DNA of 64,000 nucleotides from contig JBBRCZ010000009.1 in NCBI GenBank assembly GCA_038204425.1, positions 1 to 64,000 of the forward strand, given 5' to 3'. The notes beneath the pieces are model-generated. The model was not told the origin of the DNA and searched no databases. It saw only the letters and a list, made by a program, of their open reading frames with translations. Made by a program: the position numbers and the translations under genes. The DNA comes from Spirochaetia bacterium. GTDB taxonomy: Bacteria; Spirochaetota; Spirochaetia; DSM-27196; Salinispiraceae. Positions 1 through 9,923 of the stretch are shown one piece after another. How positions within the stretch are numbered: position 1 is the first letter of the stretch; each line of letters opens with the position of its first letter.

Positions 1-88
1 CCAAGATGGTTTCAACGGTAACCCTGTTAAGATTGACGACTTTTCGGCCGGTAACAATCGCTTTAAGTTTGCTTTTGTTACACCCTAA
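1..88 (+). CDS. 3' end of a gene encoding a ricin-B-lectin-like C-terminus (partial, runs off window)
   Basis: Frame from nt 2 reads QDGFNGNPVKIDDFSAGNNRFKFAFVTP*, which aligns by eye with the C-terminus of the next ORF (DTFDGNPMQAQTYDGSDDRFKWQFLFP*). Confidence 0.7.
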   Translation, partial: QDGFNGNPVKIDDFSAGNNRFKFAFVTP

Positions 89-101
89 ACTCTTGGATTA
101 A

Positions 102-153
102 ACCAAGCAGATTGCCGCCTTATCCTGATGGATAGGGCGGCAATCTGCTTGGT
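102..153. terminator. 24-bp-stem hairpin (terminator/stabiliser) after the partial gene
   Basis: accaagcagattgccgccttatcc-tgat-ggatagggcggcaatctgcttggt; inverted repeat, perfect except one G-U pair. Confidence 0.8.
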
Positions 154-185
154 ATCAATTATTATTAGGTAGTTTTCTGCTTCCG

Positions 186-203
186 TGATATAATTATGTT
201 ATG
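186..203 (+). promoter_or_regulatory. Extended -10 promoter, probable leaderless start
   Basis: TG-A-TATAAT at 186-194, 6 nt before ATG 201; no Shine-Dalgarno. Confidence 0.55.
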
Positions 204-746
204 CGAATTTTGGCGACACTTGGTGTAATTCTATTATTGCTAAGCTCTTGTTACGATCTTAACAATCCACTAGATCTGCTGTCCGCAAGCTACGATCAAA
301 GGCTAGTCGACACCACAACTTCCACCACCACGACGCTTGCGAGTGGAATACTTACGGATGGCACTTATCGCATAATTAATGTTGGTTCGGCGTTGTCAAT
401 GAAAGTGAACGCCTTTGACGGGTCACCAGTCTACAACAGTACTTACACCTCCGGTGATGATCAGAAATGGCAAGTTACTGGCTTGGGCAGTGGCTTGTAT
501 AGCATAAAAAAATTAGTGGCTGATGGCGCGATCACTAACGATGGTGGTGGTGCGGTGACATCAAAACCCTATACCGCAGCGGTAAATCAACAGTGGTTAA
601 TAACTGAGCTAACAAGCGGGGTTTATCGTATGGAAAATGCGGCTGTTTCGGCCACGGTTTTAGATACCTTTGACGGAAATCCAATGCAAGCTCAGACTTA
701 CGACGGCTCGGACGATAGATTTAAGTGGCAATTTCTTTTTCCCTAG
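201..746 (+). CDS. Lipoprotein with ricin-type beta-trefoil (RICIN) lectin domain
   Basis: Lipobox LLSSC, Thr-rich linker, 'GTYRIIN', QxW-type repeats (DQKW, NQQW, RFKW). Confidence 0.85.
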   Translation: MRILATLGVILLLLSSCYDLNNPLDLLSASYDQRLVDTTTSTTTTLASGILTDGTYRIINVGSALSMKVNAFDGSPVYNSTYTSGDDQKWQVTGLGSGLYSIKKLVADGAITNDGGGAVTSKPYTAAVNQQWLITELTSGVYRMENAAVSATVLDTFDGNPMQAQTYDGSDDRFKWQFLFP

Positions 747-756
747 ACTGAGCGTA

Positions 757-1587
757 TTATGGCCAGCTTTGCCTAAACTCAACTGGGCTTTGGCCGCAGG
801 TAGCACGAAACACGCGACAAAAATGGCTGTCGTCGGGGTAGCCGCAGCGCCGACCGACCTCGGCTATACTGAGGTGTTTGCTGTTGCTCAGCAAGGTCTT
901 TGCAAGGCTAATGCGTCGTTTACGCACTACAAGCATCGGCGATTCGCCAAAACTTGCTTTGTAGAGGTGAGAAAGCCGCGACTCACTGAGCAAGGCTACG
1001 GCCGCCAAGGTCCTAAGATCGAGCTCTTGGCCAAGGTGACTAACAATAAAGTTCTGAACACGTTCTAGGGCCTCACCAAGCTCAGGCTTGAGTCTTACGC
1101 TACTAGCAGAAGCGTGTGAAAACGCGGACTCAAGGCAGGCAAAGACCAATTGACTGGCATCACTGTCGTTATTTATCGAACTAGATCGCAACTGGTCGAG
1201 AAGCTCTTGGTGCTTTGCAATAAAAGGTGCAGTGTCGCAAAGATGCAAGACTCCGTGTGGCAAAAGTCCGATAGACTCAAACCATGTAGTGGCATAGGGG
1301 GCGACAAAGTGGATCCAACGCACCGTCCAAGGCTGGTCAAAACTTGACCTGTAGGATTCTGCCTGACCGGCTTCAAAAAAAAAGAGATCACCGCTGCCTA
1401 ACTCGAGCTCATGATCGCCTTGTCGCACAAAGCCTGTGCCGGCACACACCAGATGCAGGTTGTAAGTTGCCGTACCGTTTGGCCTGTAGACTTGATGGCT
1501 TTTGTCATCACAGACACCAGCATTTCTTAGACCAAAAAAGCCGGTGTTAGAGGCTTTGCGGGCATCGTACCACTGCATTTCCAACAT
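757..1587 (-). CDS. AraC family transcriptional regulator
   Basis: N-terminal cupin (YRPNG...LHL...GTG, WIHF) and C-terminal double HTH (SIAEVGRRCGYPDDSHFCRVFR...GQSP.EFR). Confidence 0.95.
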   Translation of the reverse strand: MLEMQWYDARKASNTGFFGLRNAGVCDDKSHQVYRPNGTATYNLHLVCAGTGFVRQGDHELELGSGDLFFFEAGQAESYRSSFDQPWTVRWIHFVAPYATTWFESIGLLPHGVLHLCDTAPFIAKHQELLDQLRSSSINNDSDASQLVFACLESAFSHASASSVRLKPELGEALERVQNFIVSHLGQELDLRTLAAVALLSESRLSHLYKASFGESPMLVVRKRRISLAKTLLSNSKHLSIAEVGRRCGYPDDSHFCRVFRATCGQSPVEFRQSWP

Positions 1588-1733
1588 GTTTAGTCCTTCT
1601 TAAAGAGGGCGACAAAAATATGACACAAAAATAGCAGGAATATCCAGTATCAAATATATAAAAGTATAGTATACCTGATTATAGCAGTAAAGACTCGACG
1701 GTTTTGTAGCAGAAATGTTATAGGGGGCAGAAG

Positions 1734-4700
1734 ATGAAGAGCAAGAACTTGTGGGAAGATCCGCGTATTCTGGAGCAGGGCAGGCAGACTATGCACGTGC
1801 CGCTTGGCGCTTGGTTGGACGAAGCAAGCGCTCGCAGTGCCAATAGATTTGATTCAGCTAATCGTTTGTCCCTTAATGGAAGCTGGGCCTTTAAGCTTTT
1901 TGATTGCCCGGAGTCGGTGCCAGAGAACTTTTACGCAAAAGATTTTGACTTGAGTCTGTGGTCTAGTATGCCAGTGCCTTCTAACTGGCAACTGCAAGAA
2001 TCAAGTCTGGACAAACCAATCTACTCAAACATTGCTTTGCCTTTTGAACCAAATCCACCTTACGTGCCCCCCAAGAATCCCTGCGGATGCTATGTGCGTA
2101 GTTTTGAAATCCCTGCAGACTGGCAGAGCAAACGTGTATTTGTCAGTTTTGAATCAGTGGATTCTTCGTTTTTTGTGTACATCAACGGCCAGGAGCTAGG
2201 CTACGGCCAAGACTCACGACTACCGTCGGAGTTTGAGTTAACTGACTTCCTAAAGCCAGGTAGCAATACCCTGGCAGTCAAAGTTCTGCGCTACAGCTGC
2301 GGTACCTATTTGGAAGACCAGGACTATTGGCAGATGTCTGGAATCCAGCGCGAGGTTTTTTTGCTGGCCAAGCCTCTCGTTCACATTCGTGACTTTAGTG
2401 TGCGAACCATATTTGACGAGCTCTATCAGCATGCTGAGCTTCAAGTTGACGTCTTTTTGTCTGAGCTCTTGCATCACAAAACAACCGATAGCGACTTTGA
2501 ACCCAAGGGGCGCGTCTTTGATGCCTACAAAGCCGAGTATCAAGCCTATTTGGCTCAAATCCGCCTCTACGACCAAACCGGAAAGCCGGTATTTGACCAG
2601 GTGATAGAGCAGGACTTTAGCGCTCATACGTTGATGTACCCCGACACTAGTTACACCCCACTCAAAGGCGGCGCTCGCTTTAAAGTTAAGATTGACTCGC
2701 CCGAGCCTTGGTCGGCCGAGTCGCCGACACTGTACACGCTAACGATTGAGCTCATGAAACGTAGTGATTCAAAAGGAACCAAACTGCAAGTCGTGGATGT
2801 AGAAGCCACCAAATTTGGTTTTAGGCAGTTTGAAATTAGAAATAGACAGTTGTGTATCAATGGTCGCCGCATGGTAATTAGGGGTGTTAACCGACACGAG
2901 CACCACTATCGCAGTGGAAGAGCACTGAGCGCCAAACAGATGCGCGCGGACATCGTTGCTATGAAACAATTAAACTTTAATGCGGTGCGCACCTCTCACT
3001 ACCCCAATGACTCAGTCTGGTACGATTTGTGCGACGAGCTGGGTTTGTACGTGGTAGACGAAGCCAACATTGAGACTCACGGAACCGGCGGCGACCTAAC
3101 TAGAGATCCAAATTGGTTGGCCTTCTTTATGATTAGGGCCCAGCGTATGGTCATGCGCGACAAGAACCACGCTTGTGTAGCAGTTTGGTCGCTTGGTAAC
3201 GAGTCACAGTGGGGACCTCATCATGCAGCCATGCGATCCTGGATCAAAGAATACGAACCAACTCGACCTGTGCAATACGAAAGCGGCAACCCACCAGCCA
3301 GTGTCACCGACATCATGTGTCCGATGTATCCGACCCTTGATTGGGTCGAAGACGTGATGCATGACAAAAAGGAAACGCGTCCGATGATTCTGTGCGAGTA
3401 TGCCTATGCCAAGGGCAACGCGTCGGGAAACTTTTACAAGTTTTGGGACATGGTCTATCGCTACGAAGGATTTCAGGGCGGTTTTATTTGGGAATGGCAT
3501 GATGCAGCCCTCATTAGAAAGCTGCCAGACGGAACTGAGGGCTTTGCTTATGGTGGCGATTTGGGCGAGACCTACCCCTATGCGGTGGTGGGTGAGGAGC
3601 CAAGCCAAGTGCTCAATGGCATAGTATCCCCCGACTTGATTCCTCACCCAGGAGCCTGGGAGATCAAGAATATTCAAGCACCAATCAAATTTATCGGTGC
3701 AGAGTCCTTGCTTTTGGTAGATGGTGGCTTGACGGTAAAAGTTCACAATCGCCAGTTTTTTAAGACTTGCCAAGGTTTGGGCCTTAACTGGTCAGTGCAT
3801 TGCAATGGTGTAATGCTCACATCAGGGGCCCAGCTCATGCCAGCGATTGAAGCCGGCGCTCAGGATAAGATTGTTATAGATCTCAAAAAAGCACCAGAAA
3901 ACTGGCCTGAGCACACAAAACACCATGAGTACTTCCTTGATCTCAGCATCGTGCAACTTACGGCCACAAGCTGGGCGCCAGCCGGCCACGAGCTAGTCCG
4001 CCACCAGTATGCAGTAACAAAGCCAGCAGTGCAGGCAAGTTCTCAGCCTGCCCAACAAGTGCAAAAATCAAACAAGGCAAGCAACGGGGCCATACAGATC
4101 AAACAGACGCAGGATAGACTTAGTTTTACTTTTTCCAATGGCAATTCGATTGGGTTTGCCAGCAAGAGTGCACAGATTTGTTCAATGGCCTATGCTGATG
4201 GTCACGAAGTGCTGAGCTCTACACTTATGCCCAATTTGTATCGCGCACCTACCGAAAACGATTGGGTCATCGGCATGGAGCCTAGTTACTCTAAAACATG
4301 GAAGAAATTGGGCCTAGATCAGCTGCATTTTGAAACTAGTGACTTTGTTTTTGCACCCGATAGAGAAAACCCCAGTACTATTTTGCTATCAAGTACTCAG
4401 ACAGCCCACGGGCAAGCCGGGTTTTTGGCAGAATGGAAAACTAACACGACAATTAAAAACGATGGTACAATCGCTTGTGAGCACCTGGTTTGCATACAGG
4501 CCGACTGTGTTACACTGCCTCGCGTCGGCGTTAGGCTGCAGTTGCACAAAAGCTTTGATGCCATACGTTGGTTTGGTCGCGGGCCGTGGGAGAACTACCC
4601 TGACCGGAAATCCGCTTCCTTGCTTGGTCAGTATGAATTGAGCGTTGACAAAGAGCTGAGTCCTTATATTTTTCCTGGCGAGTATGGTGCACGCCAAGAT

Positions 4701-4982
4701 GTACGATGGCTTACCTGCAGAGACCCAAAGGGACGTGGCTTGGCAATTGAAGCGAGTCCTCAGCTGTCATTTAGCGCGCTTCCCTTTAGCCAAGAGAGCC
4801 TGGCGGAAGGACGCCACAGCGACCAACTGGTAAAGAATGGGCACGTCAATCTGAATATTGACGCCGCTATTTTGGGTGTCGGTGGTGACAATGGATGGTA
4901 CCAAAATGTCTATCCCGAGTACTTGATAGCGCCGGCAACCTATAGATTTGGTTACGTGATGAGGCTGATTATGGAGGACTGA
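1734..4982 (+). CDS. lacZ: Beta-galactosidase, glycoside hydrolase family 2
   Basis: GH2 motifs YLEDQDYWQMSGIQR, GVNRHE, NAVRTSHYPN, WSLGNE, LCEYAYAKGN, GGFIWEW, C-terminal WFGRGPWENYPDR. Confidence 0.95.
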   Translation: MKSKNLWEDPRILEQGRQTMHVPLGAWLDEASARSANRFDSANRLSLNGSWAFKLFDCPESVPENFYAKDFDLSLWSSMPVPSNWQLQESSLDKPIYSNIALPFEPNPPYVPPKNPCGCYVRSFEIPADWQSKRVFVSFESVDSSFFVYINGQELGYGQDSRLPSEFELTDFLKPGSNTLAVKVLRYSCGTYLEDQDYWQMSGIQREVFLLAKPLVHIRDFSVRTIFDELYQHAELQVDVFLSELLHHKTTDSDFEPKGRVFDAYKAEYQAYLAQIRLYDQTGKPVFDQVIEQDFSAHTLMYPDTSYTPLKGGARFKVKIDSPEPWSAESPTLYTLTIELMKRSDSKGTKLQVVDVEATKFGFRQFEIRNRQLCINGRRMVIRGVNRHEHHYRSGRALSAKQMRADIVAMKQLNFNAVRTSHYPNDSVWYDLCDELGLYVVDEANIETHGTGGDLTRDPNWLAFFMIRAQRMVMRDKNHACVAVWSLGNESQWGPHHAAMRSWIKEYEPTRPVQYESGNPPASVTDIMCPMYPTLDWVEDVMHDKKETRPMILCEYAYAKGNASGNFYKFWDMVYRYEGFQGGFIWEWHDAALIRKLPDGTEGFAYGGDLGETYPYAVVGEEPSQVLNGIVSPDLIPHPGAWEIKNIQAPIKFIGAESLLLVDGGLTVKVHNRQFFKTCQGLGLNWSVHCNGVMLTSGAQLMPAIEAGAQDKIVIDLKKAPENWPEHTKHHEYFLDLSIVQLTATSWAPAGHELVRHQYAVTKPAVQASSQPAQQVQKSNKASNGAIQIKQTQDRLSFTFSNGNSIGFASKSAQICSMAYADGHEVLSSTLMPNLYRAPTENDWVIGMEPSYSKTWKKLGLDQLHFETSDFVFAPDRENPSTILLSSTQTAHGQAGFLAEWKTNTTIKNDGTIACEHLVCIQADCVTLPRVGVRLQLHKSFDAIRWFGRGPWENYPDRKSASLLGQYELSVDKELSPYIFPGEYGARQDVRWLTCRDPKGRGLAIEASPQLSFSALPFSQESLAEGRHSDQLVKNGHVNLNIDAAILGVGGDNGWYQNVYPEYLIAPATYRFGYVMRLIMED

Positions 4983-5887
4983 TGAAGGTCAGCAAAAAAG
5001 ACAACTGTCTGGCATTTACAGAAAACGATGCGGACTACTCGATCGAATACTACTACCACACCGTGACGGCCTTGGATGTGGACTGGGGTTTTAGCCTGTA
5101 TTCAGTTGGTACCAAGACCATTAGGCCCTTTGTATCAGTCGAAACCCGCAGTCCCAACATTAAGTGGATGAACCTCACGCCAGACAAGTTTTTTTTGGTT
5201 TATATCGCCGATGGATCCGGTTTTTTTGAAAGCGAATACATCGATCGTCGCCAGATTTATGCCGGCACAATGTTTTTTGGGTTTCCGGGGCAAAACTGCT
5301 CCTACGGTCCGAGATCGCAAACCGGTTGGACTGAATATTGGATTGAGTTTGACGGTAGCCAAGTACGTAACCTTAGATCCAACAACATCATCAGCGCTCA
5401 AGCACCTATTATTGTTCCTGGTCGTGACGATGGTTTGGTTGGGATTTTTCATAACATTATCGCAATTCTTAAGTCGCGCCTGCTTTACCGACACTATCTC
5501 AGCTCACTTGGTTTGCAGTTGCTTGCTCGTGGCCTTTCTTTGGCAAGCTCAAGTGCCGAGCACGGCAATGTTGACGACTTTGTTGTAAACCGAGCCATGG
5601 CCTACCTCAACGAAAACTTTGACCGCGAAATTGACTACGAGCAACTCGCGCTGGATCTCGACATTGCCTACAATCGCTTTAGGTCAGTTTTTAAGAAGCA
5701 AACTGGTCTGCCATTGCACCAATACCTTCTCAAAGTGCGCATGGACAGAGCGCGAGAACTCTTGAGGCTACGTCAGTACACCATCAAGGAGATAGCTGAC
5801 AAGGTTGGTTTTGAAGATCCGCTTTATTTCTCACGTTTGTTTAAAAAACTAGTTGGCGTTGCTCCTTCCGAATTTGACTGGCGCTAA
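4982..5887 (+). CDS. AraC family transcriptional regulator
   Basis: TIKEIADKVGFEDPLYFSRLFKK.VGVAPSEF HTH; GWTEYWIEF cupin; start overlaps the lacZ stop (TGATG). Confidence 0.95.
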   Translation: MKVSKKDNCLAFTENDADYSIEYYYHTVTALDVDWGFSLYSVGTKTIRPFVSVETRSPNIKWMNLTPDKFFLVYIADGSGFFESEYIDRRQIYAGTMFFGFPGQNCSYGPRSQTGWTEYWIEFDGSQVRNLRSNNIISAQAPIIVPGRDDGLVGIFHNIIAILKSRLLYRHYLSSLGLQLLARGLSLASSSAEHGNVDDFVVNRAMAYLNENFDREIDYEQLALDLDIAYNRFRSVFKKQTGLPLHQYLLKVRMDRARELLRLRQYTIKEIADKVGFEDPLYFSRLFKKLVGVAPSEFDWR

Positions 5888-5974
5888 GTACGCAAAATGT
5901 CTATTTGATTAAAATGGCCATTTGTAATGACGTTTTCTAATTTATTTATTATTTTAGAGAAATAGGATTTACAA

Positions 5975-6646
5975 ATGAAAAAAATATGCTTATGTCTATC
6001 AATTTTGGGCCTCGGTTTAGTAGCCGTGTCGGCTCAAAGCACTAGCGCGGGTTTTGGTATGGGACTTAGTTCTGAGTCAAATGTTTTGCGCGGAAACCTC
6101 TTTGGCTACGGTGGCAGCAATACTTTTGAAGCTACACTGATTTCGGCCAAGTTTGTTTTTGATGCTACTTACCTAGAGGCCAGTCTTGGCTTGCAATTTT
6201 GGGCTTCCGGCCGTTACGAAGATAACAACTTCCTCAATTCTGGTAGAACGCAGTCAATAACCAACTTTGAGGTTGCCTCTATGCCGCTTACGCTCATGTT
6301 CAAGTACCCCTTAGAAATTGGAGACCGGGTTAGGGTCTTCCCAGCCTTTGGTATCGAGTACGACGTTAACCTTGCTTATGTCGATAGAGATTTGGGTATC
6401 GAAAAGTACGACTTGTCGCTAGACGAACAAGATGACCTCAATCACTTTTTTATAAAAGCTGGCATTGGAGCTGACATTTCCCTTGGCGGAAATCTTTACT
6501 TGAGACCAAGCATGCTATTGGCCTACAAACTACAAAGTAAATATGAAAGAGCCTTGGTCTACTTCTATCAAACCCAAGGTTACACCAATGTCACTTTAGA
6601 TACCTTTAAGTTGGACATTGGCCTTGCACTAATGTACACATTCTAA
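5975..6646 (+). CDS. Outer-membrane beta-barrel protein (8-strand OmpW/OmpA-like)
   Basis: Signal peptide ending VSA, amphipathic strands, 'FKYP...FPAFGIEY', terminal aromatic motif LMYTF. Confidence 0.7.
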   Translation: MKKICLCLSILGLGLVAVSAQSTSAGFGMGLSSESNVLRGNLFGYGGSNTFEATLISAKFVFDATYLEASLGLQFWASGRYEDNNFLNSGRTQSITNFEVASMPLTLMFKYPLEIGDRVRVFPAFGIEYDVNLAYVDRDLGIEKYDLSLDEQDDLNHFFIKAGIGADISLGGNLYLRPSMLLAYKLQSKYERALVYFYQTQGYTNVTLDTFKLDIGLALMYTF

Positions 6647-6648
6647 GC

Positions 6649-9600
6649 TCAGTCATACAGCCACACGGGCACGACTTTAAGTGCTTGTGATGCCCGTGTG
6701 GCGCTTTGTCCCGCCTCAGTATCCAAAGATTTGAGTTCTAACCAAGCTGTGTGGCTCTTTGTTTGGTCTCCCATGGCATAGACAACTTGAGCTTCCAAAA
6801 GTTTGAGACTCGCATGCGCGGGTCTTATTTTTTTGGCCTCACTAACAAAATACATGGCTGTGCCCAAGTCACCTTCAAACAGTAAAAGATTACCAAGATT
6901 AATCATAGCAGAGACGTTGGCCCGGTCGGCAGCGAGTAGACGTCTAAAGCTTTCTTTGGCTTTGCTTGCAAAGCCAAAGCGGGCTTGCAGAATACCGAGT
7001 CTATTGAGCAAGGACGAATTTTGGCGCATGTCCTGGCCGAGACTGCCTTCTATTTGGCTAACATTGCGCAGATAAAAGTGTGAGTAAAGTGCCTCAAGTG
7101 AGCGACTCAAGGTGGCGTCAATCAGCGCCGTTGCAGGGAAGCCTATGTTGTAACTTGCTTGAGGCAAGGGAATTGCCGGGTATTGTGCTCGTGCGCTAGC
7201 AGCTTCTATAAATTCTATTTGCGTGGCTTGATGGCGCTTGATAAGATCACTGGCGGCCTTCCAAGAACCGAGAAGACCAGCGTTCAACACGGTGCTTTCC
7301 AGCGGTATCCAGAGTGTATTGTTGTGGTTGATGACCTGCAAATCGGCGCCAAATAGCCATTTACTGGCAATGTCCTCCTGGGTGTCAAAAGCCAAAAACA
7401 CATGGCCCGGCGTGGTCATGATAGCGGTTTTAATGCCAGCAGCTTCAAAGAGTGAGGCCAGAAGTGCCGTGGTATCGTCACAGTCGCCACTTTTATAGAG
7501 TAGGGTAGTGCGGGCAAACCTAACCGTATCCACTATTTCTGACTTGCCTAAGATACGGGAAATCGGTGAATGAGGGTCTTCGAGATAAGTCATGCCTAAG
7601 GCCGCAACTGCATCTACTATCGCGCTTGCTTGTTTGATTTTGGTCAAGACTGGCGTCAATGAAAGCTGGTCTTTTTGAACCGACATAGCTTCAATAGCCC
7701 GCAAGGCAAAGTTGCTAACCTGTTCTTCGTTGGGTGTTATAAATGAGGCCAGGCGAGCGCTGTTGTCCCAGCTGAGCGCCGTTCTCTTGTAAAAAGTCGT
7801 AATTATGCTGGTGTCCAAAGTCATTGGCTTGCCATCACTGAGCCAGCTTATAGTTACCTTAACCTGAACAGGCAGATCTTCCTCTATGGTCAAAACTTCC
7901 TGATTGAGAAGGGCAAATAAATCCAGCTGGACTTGCTCGCCATTTCCAAGCTGCTCCACCACTTTGCTGTCGTTTGCAAAATCCATAAAACGTTGAATAC
8001 TTATGCTGGCCTTGACTTTTTTTGCATCTTTGCCTGTTTGGTTTTGGAGCACAAGCGTGCCAAGTTGTTTGTTTTGATAGGCAGTCAAGAGGGCCGGAAA
8101 AACAGAGTCAACATTGAGTTTGACAATTTGCAAAGGAAGATCAGCTTCAATCAAATAGGCTTCGGCGTCGCGCAGCAGCTTGGCTATCTGGGAACGTTCG
8201 GTCTGGATTGTAGCATTGCCGGGTTGTAACAATAAACGTTGCTCATAGAGTGCCATCAAGCGACTATAGTCAGGGCGCGCTGTTTCGGGGCCAATCCTGA
8301 CTATAGTTTGACGCACTGTTTTTACCAAATCGTCCGACAGGTGTTTGAGTTGATCACTTTTGAGTTTAATGACTAAGGCCCGACTCTCACTATCACCTGC
8401 TTGCAAGGCTGTAAGTTTTTCCAAATAGTACAAGGCCTGCTCAAAGGATTTTTCTTGCAGCAAGGCTGCACTTTTTTGTTTGAGAGCTAGGGGGTCATCG
8501 GGATTTTGTTGTAAAGCAGCCTGGATTTTTGCCATGCGGAGGTGGCCCTCGGTATTGATACCAAACTGCTCGCAATAAAGAAGATCGGCAAATTGATACA
8601 CCAAGCGCGACAGGGGCGAGTTTATGTAGATAGAACCAGTCTTGGGTGCAAAGCTGATTGATTGGGCACCTAAAAAGTCTGCACCAAAACTGAAGTCGGA
8701 AAAATTTAGGCGCCACATGGGTAGTCCTTGGTGATCTACTAAACATATAAAACTATTTGCCAAAAACAAATAGCCTTGCGGTGTCAACTTAAAGCTCGTT
8801 ATGCTGCCAAGGCTGGTCTCGTCAAGCAAGGGGATTAGGCGATCGATAAGGTTGCCATCGCGGGTGTGTAGACTCAAGAATTTTGCGGATGGGTCAAAGC
8901 TTGCAAAGGTGGCATCTTCGCCAGCGGCTATCTTGAGGTTGCTGTAGCCAGTGCGCAAGTCTGGCAGGCTCAGTTCTTGTTTGAGGGTGCCGTCGATGCG
9001 CAATAAGCGATGCGAGGAGGCGTCTTTAACCAAAATTGAGCCATCGCTGAGGTATGCCAAAGAAGAAATAAGGCTTATACCCGTGCGGACCAGGCGTGCT
9101 TCTTGGATGCCTTGGTTAAACAAATAGAGGTCACCACCTGAGGCCGCGCGGCTCAGTAGTGCCCCGGACGGACTGGTCTGGACTTCGTAGCCGGGGTAGG
9201 TCCCCTTGCTCGCAAGATCCTTGCCAAAAGAGGCTACAAAGTTGAGCTGTGGACTTAACTCTAAGAGTTGCGAGAGAGCGCTAATTACCAGGTTGCCGTT
9301 GGGCAGGACGCTAGAAAAGTAGGGAATAGAAAACGAGGCAAAACTCGTGTTGGCAAGGTAGGGCTCAACAGAAAAGCTGGAAGTCAAAATTGGTTTGCTT
9401 TTTTGGACATCGGTGGTGGGCATCAGTTGCCAGGCCAGATAAACGAGCACGCGCGCCACGTCTCGGCTAGTCAGGTTGTTGTGGTCTAAGAAAAGTGTCA
9501 GGGTTTTCTCTTGCTCGGCCAGACTTAGAGCAACCGTGATAATTTCGGTGTCTTCTGGTTTGTTTTTTTCAAAGGCGCGGATCACTACTTGACTGTCGGC

Positions 9601-9825
9601 CAATATGCCAAGTAGTTGGGCATCCAGACCCTTGTAGAGACTTGCCATAAGCTGCGATGCTTGCACAAATTTGTCCAACAAGCCCGGTGATGGCAAAAAC
9701 TCGTTGTTCTTATAAACTCTTGCTTCCTTTAAACTAAAGGCGTACAGACCGGTGCCAGTGTCAAAACTTAGTCCAAAAAGAATACAAACGGCTATGACCG
9801 TGACCCAAAGTGCCTTGTACTTCAT
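6649..9825 (-). CDS. Secreted multidomain protein: beta-propeller + TPR + Ig-like + transglutaminase-like + TPR
   Basis: ATG 9825 with GAAGGAG RBS; signal peptide ending LYA; GDCDD...PGHVFLAFD...WIPLEST transglutaminase-like core; TPR helices (LNRLGILQARFG, MINLGNL). Confidence 0.8.
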   Translation of the reverse strand: MKYKALWVTVIAVCILFGLSFDTGTGLYAFSLKEARVYKNNEFLPSPGLLDKFVQASQLMASLYKGLDAQLLGILADSQVVIRAFEKNKPEDTEIITVALSLAEQEKTLTLFLDHNNLTSRDVARVLVYLAWQLMPTTDVQKSKPILTSSFSVEPYLANTSFASFSIPYFSSVLPNGNLVISALSQLLELSPQLNFVASFGKDLASKGTYPGYEVQTSPSGALLSRAASGGDLYLFNQGIQEARLVRTGISLISSLAYLSDGSILVKDASSHRLLRIDGTLKQELSLPDLRTGYSNLKIAAGEDATFASFDPSAKFLSLHTRDGNLIDRLIPLLDETSLGSITSFKLTPQGYLFLANSFICLVDHQGLPMWRLNFSDFSFGADFLGAQSISFAPKTGSIYINSPLSRLVYQFADLLYCEQFGINTEGHLRMAKIQAALQQNPDDPLALKQKSAALLQEKSFEQALYYLEKLTALQAGDSESRALVIKLKSDQLKHLSDDLVKTVRQTIVRIGPETARPDYSRLMALYEQRLLLQPGNATIQTERSQIAKLLRDAEAYLIEADLPLQIVKLNVDSVFPALLTAYQNKQLGTLVLQNQTGKDAKKVKASISIQRFMDFANDSKVVEQLGNGEQVQLDLFALLNQEVLTIEEDLPVQVKVTISWLSDGKPMTLDTSIITTFYKRTALSWDNSARLASFITPNEEQVSNFALRAIEAMSVQKDQLSLTPVLTKIKQASAIVDAVAALGMTYLEDPHSPISRILGKSEIVDTVRFARTTLLYKSGDCDDTTALLASLFEAAGIKTAIMTTPGHVFLAFDTQEDIASKWLFGADLQVINHNNTLWIPLESTVLNAGLLGSWKAASDLIKRHQATQIEFIEAASARAQYPAIPLPQASYNIGFPATALIDATLSRSLEALYSHFYLRNVSQIEGSLGQDMRQNSSLLNRLGILQARFGFASKAKESFRRLLAADRANVSAMINLGNLLLFEGDLGTAMYFVSEAKKIRPAHASLKLLEAQVVYAMGDQTKSHTAWLELKSLDTEAGQSATRASQALKVVPVWLYD

Positions 9826-9923
9826 AGTCCCAACTCCTTCTCGATGCAGCATTTCTGCCTTTAGACGACTTGTATTGTAATAGCTTGAAGGCATGGTTAC
9901 AATGTGGCGGAGGTAAGAGCTCA

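Noticed and set aside
670..1068. 132-aa plus-strand ORF and the many other short ORFs overlapping long genes
   Set aside because: Antisense or out-of-frame shadows of well-supported genes, with no motifs or RBS.
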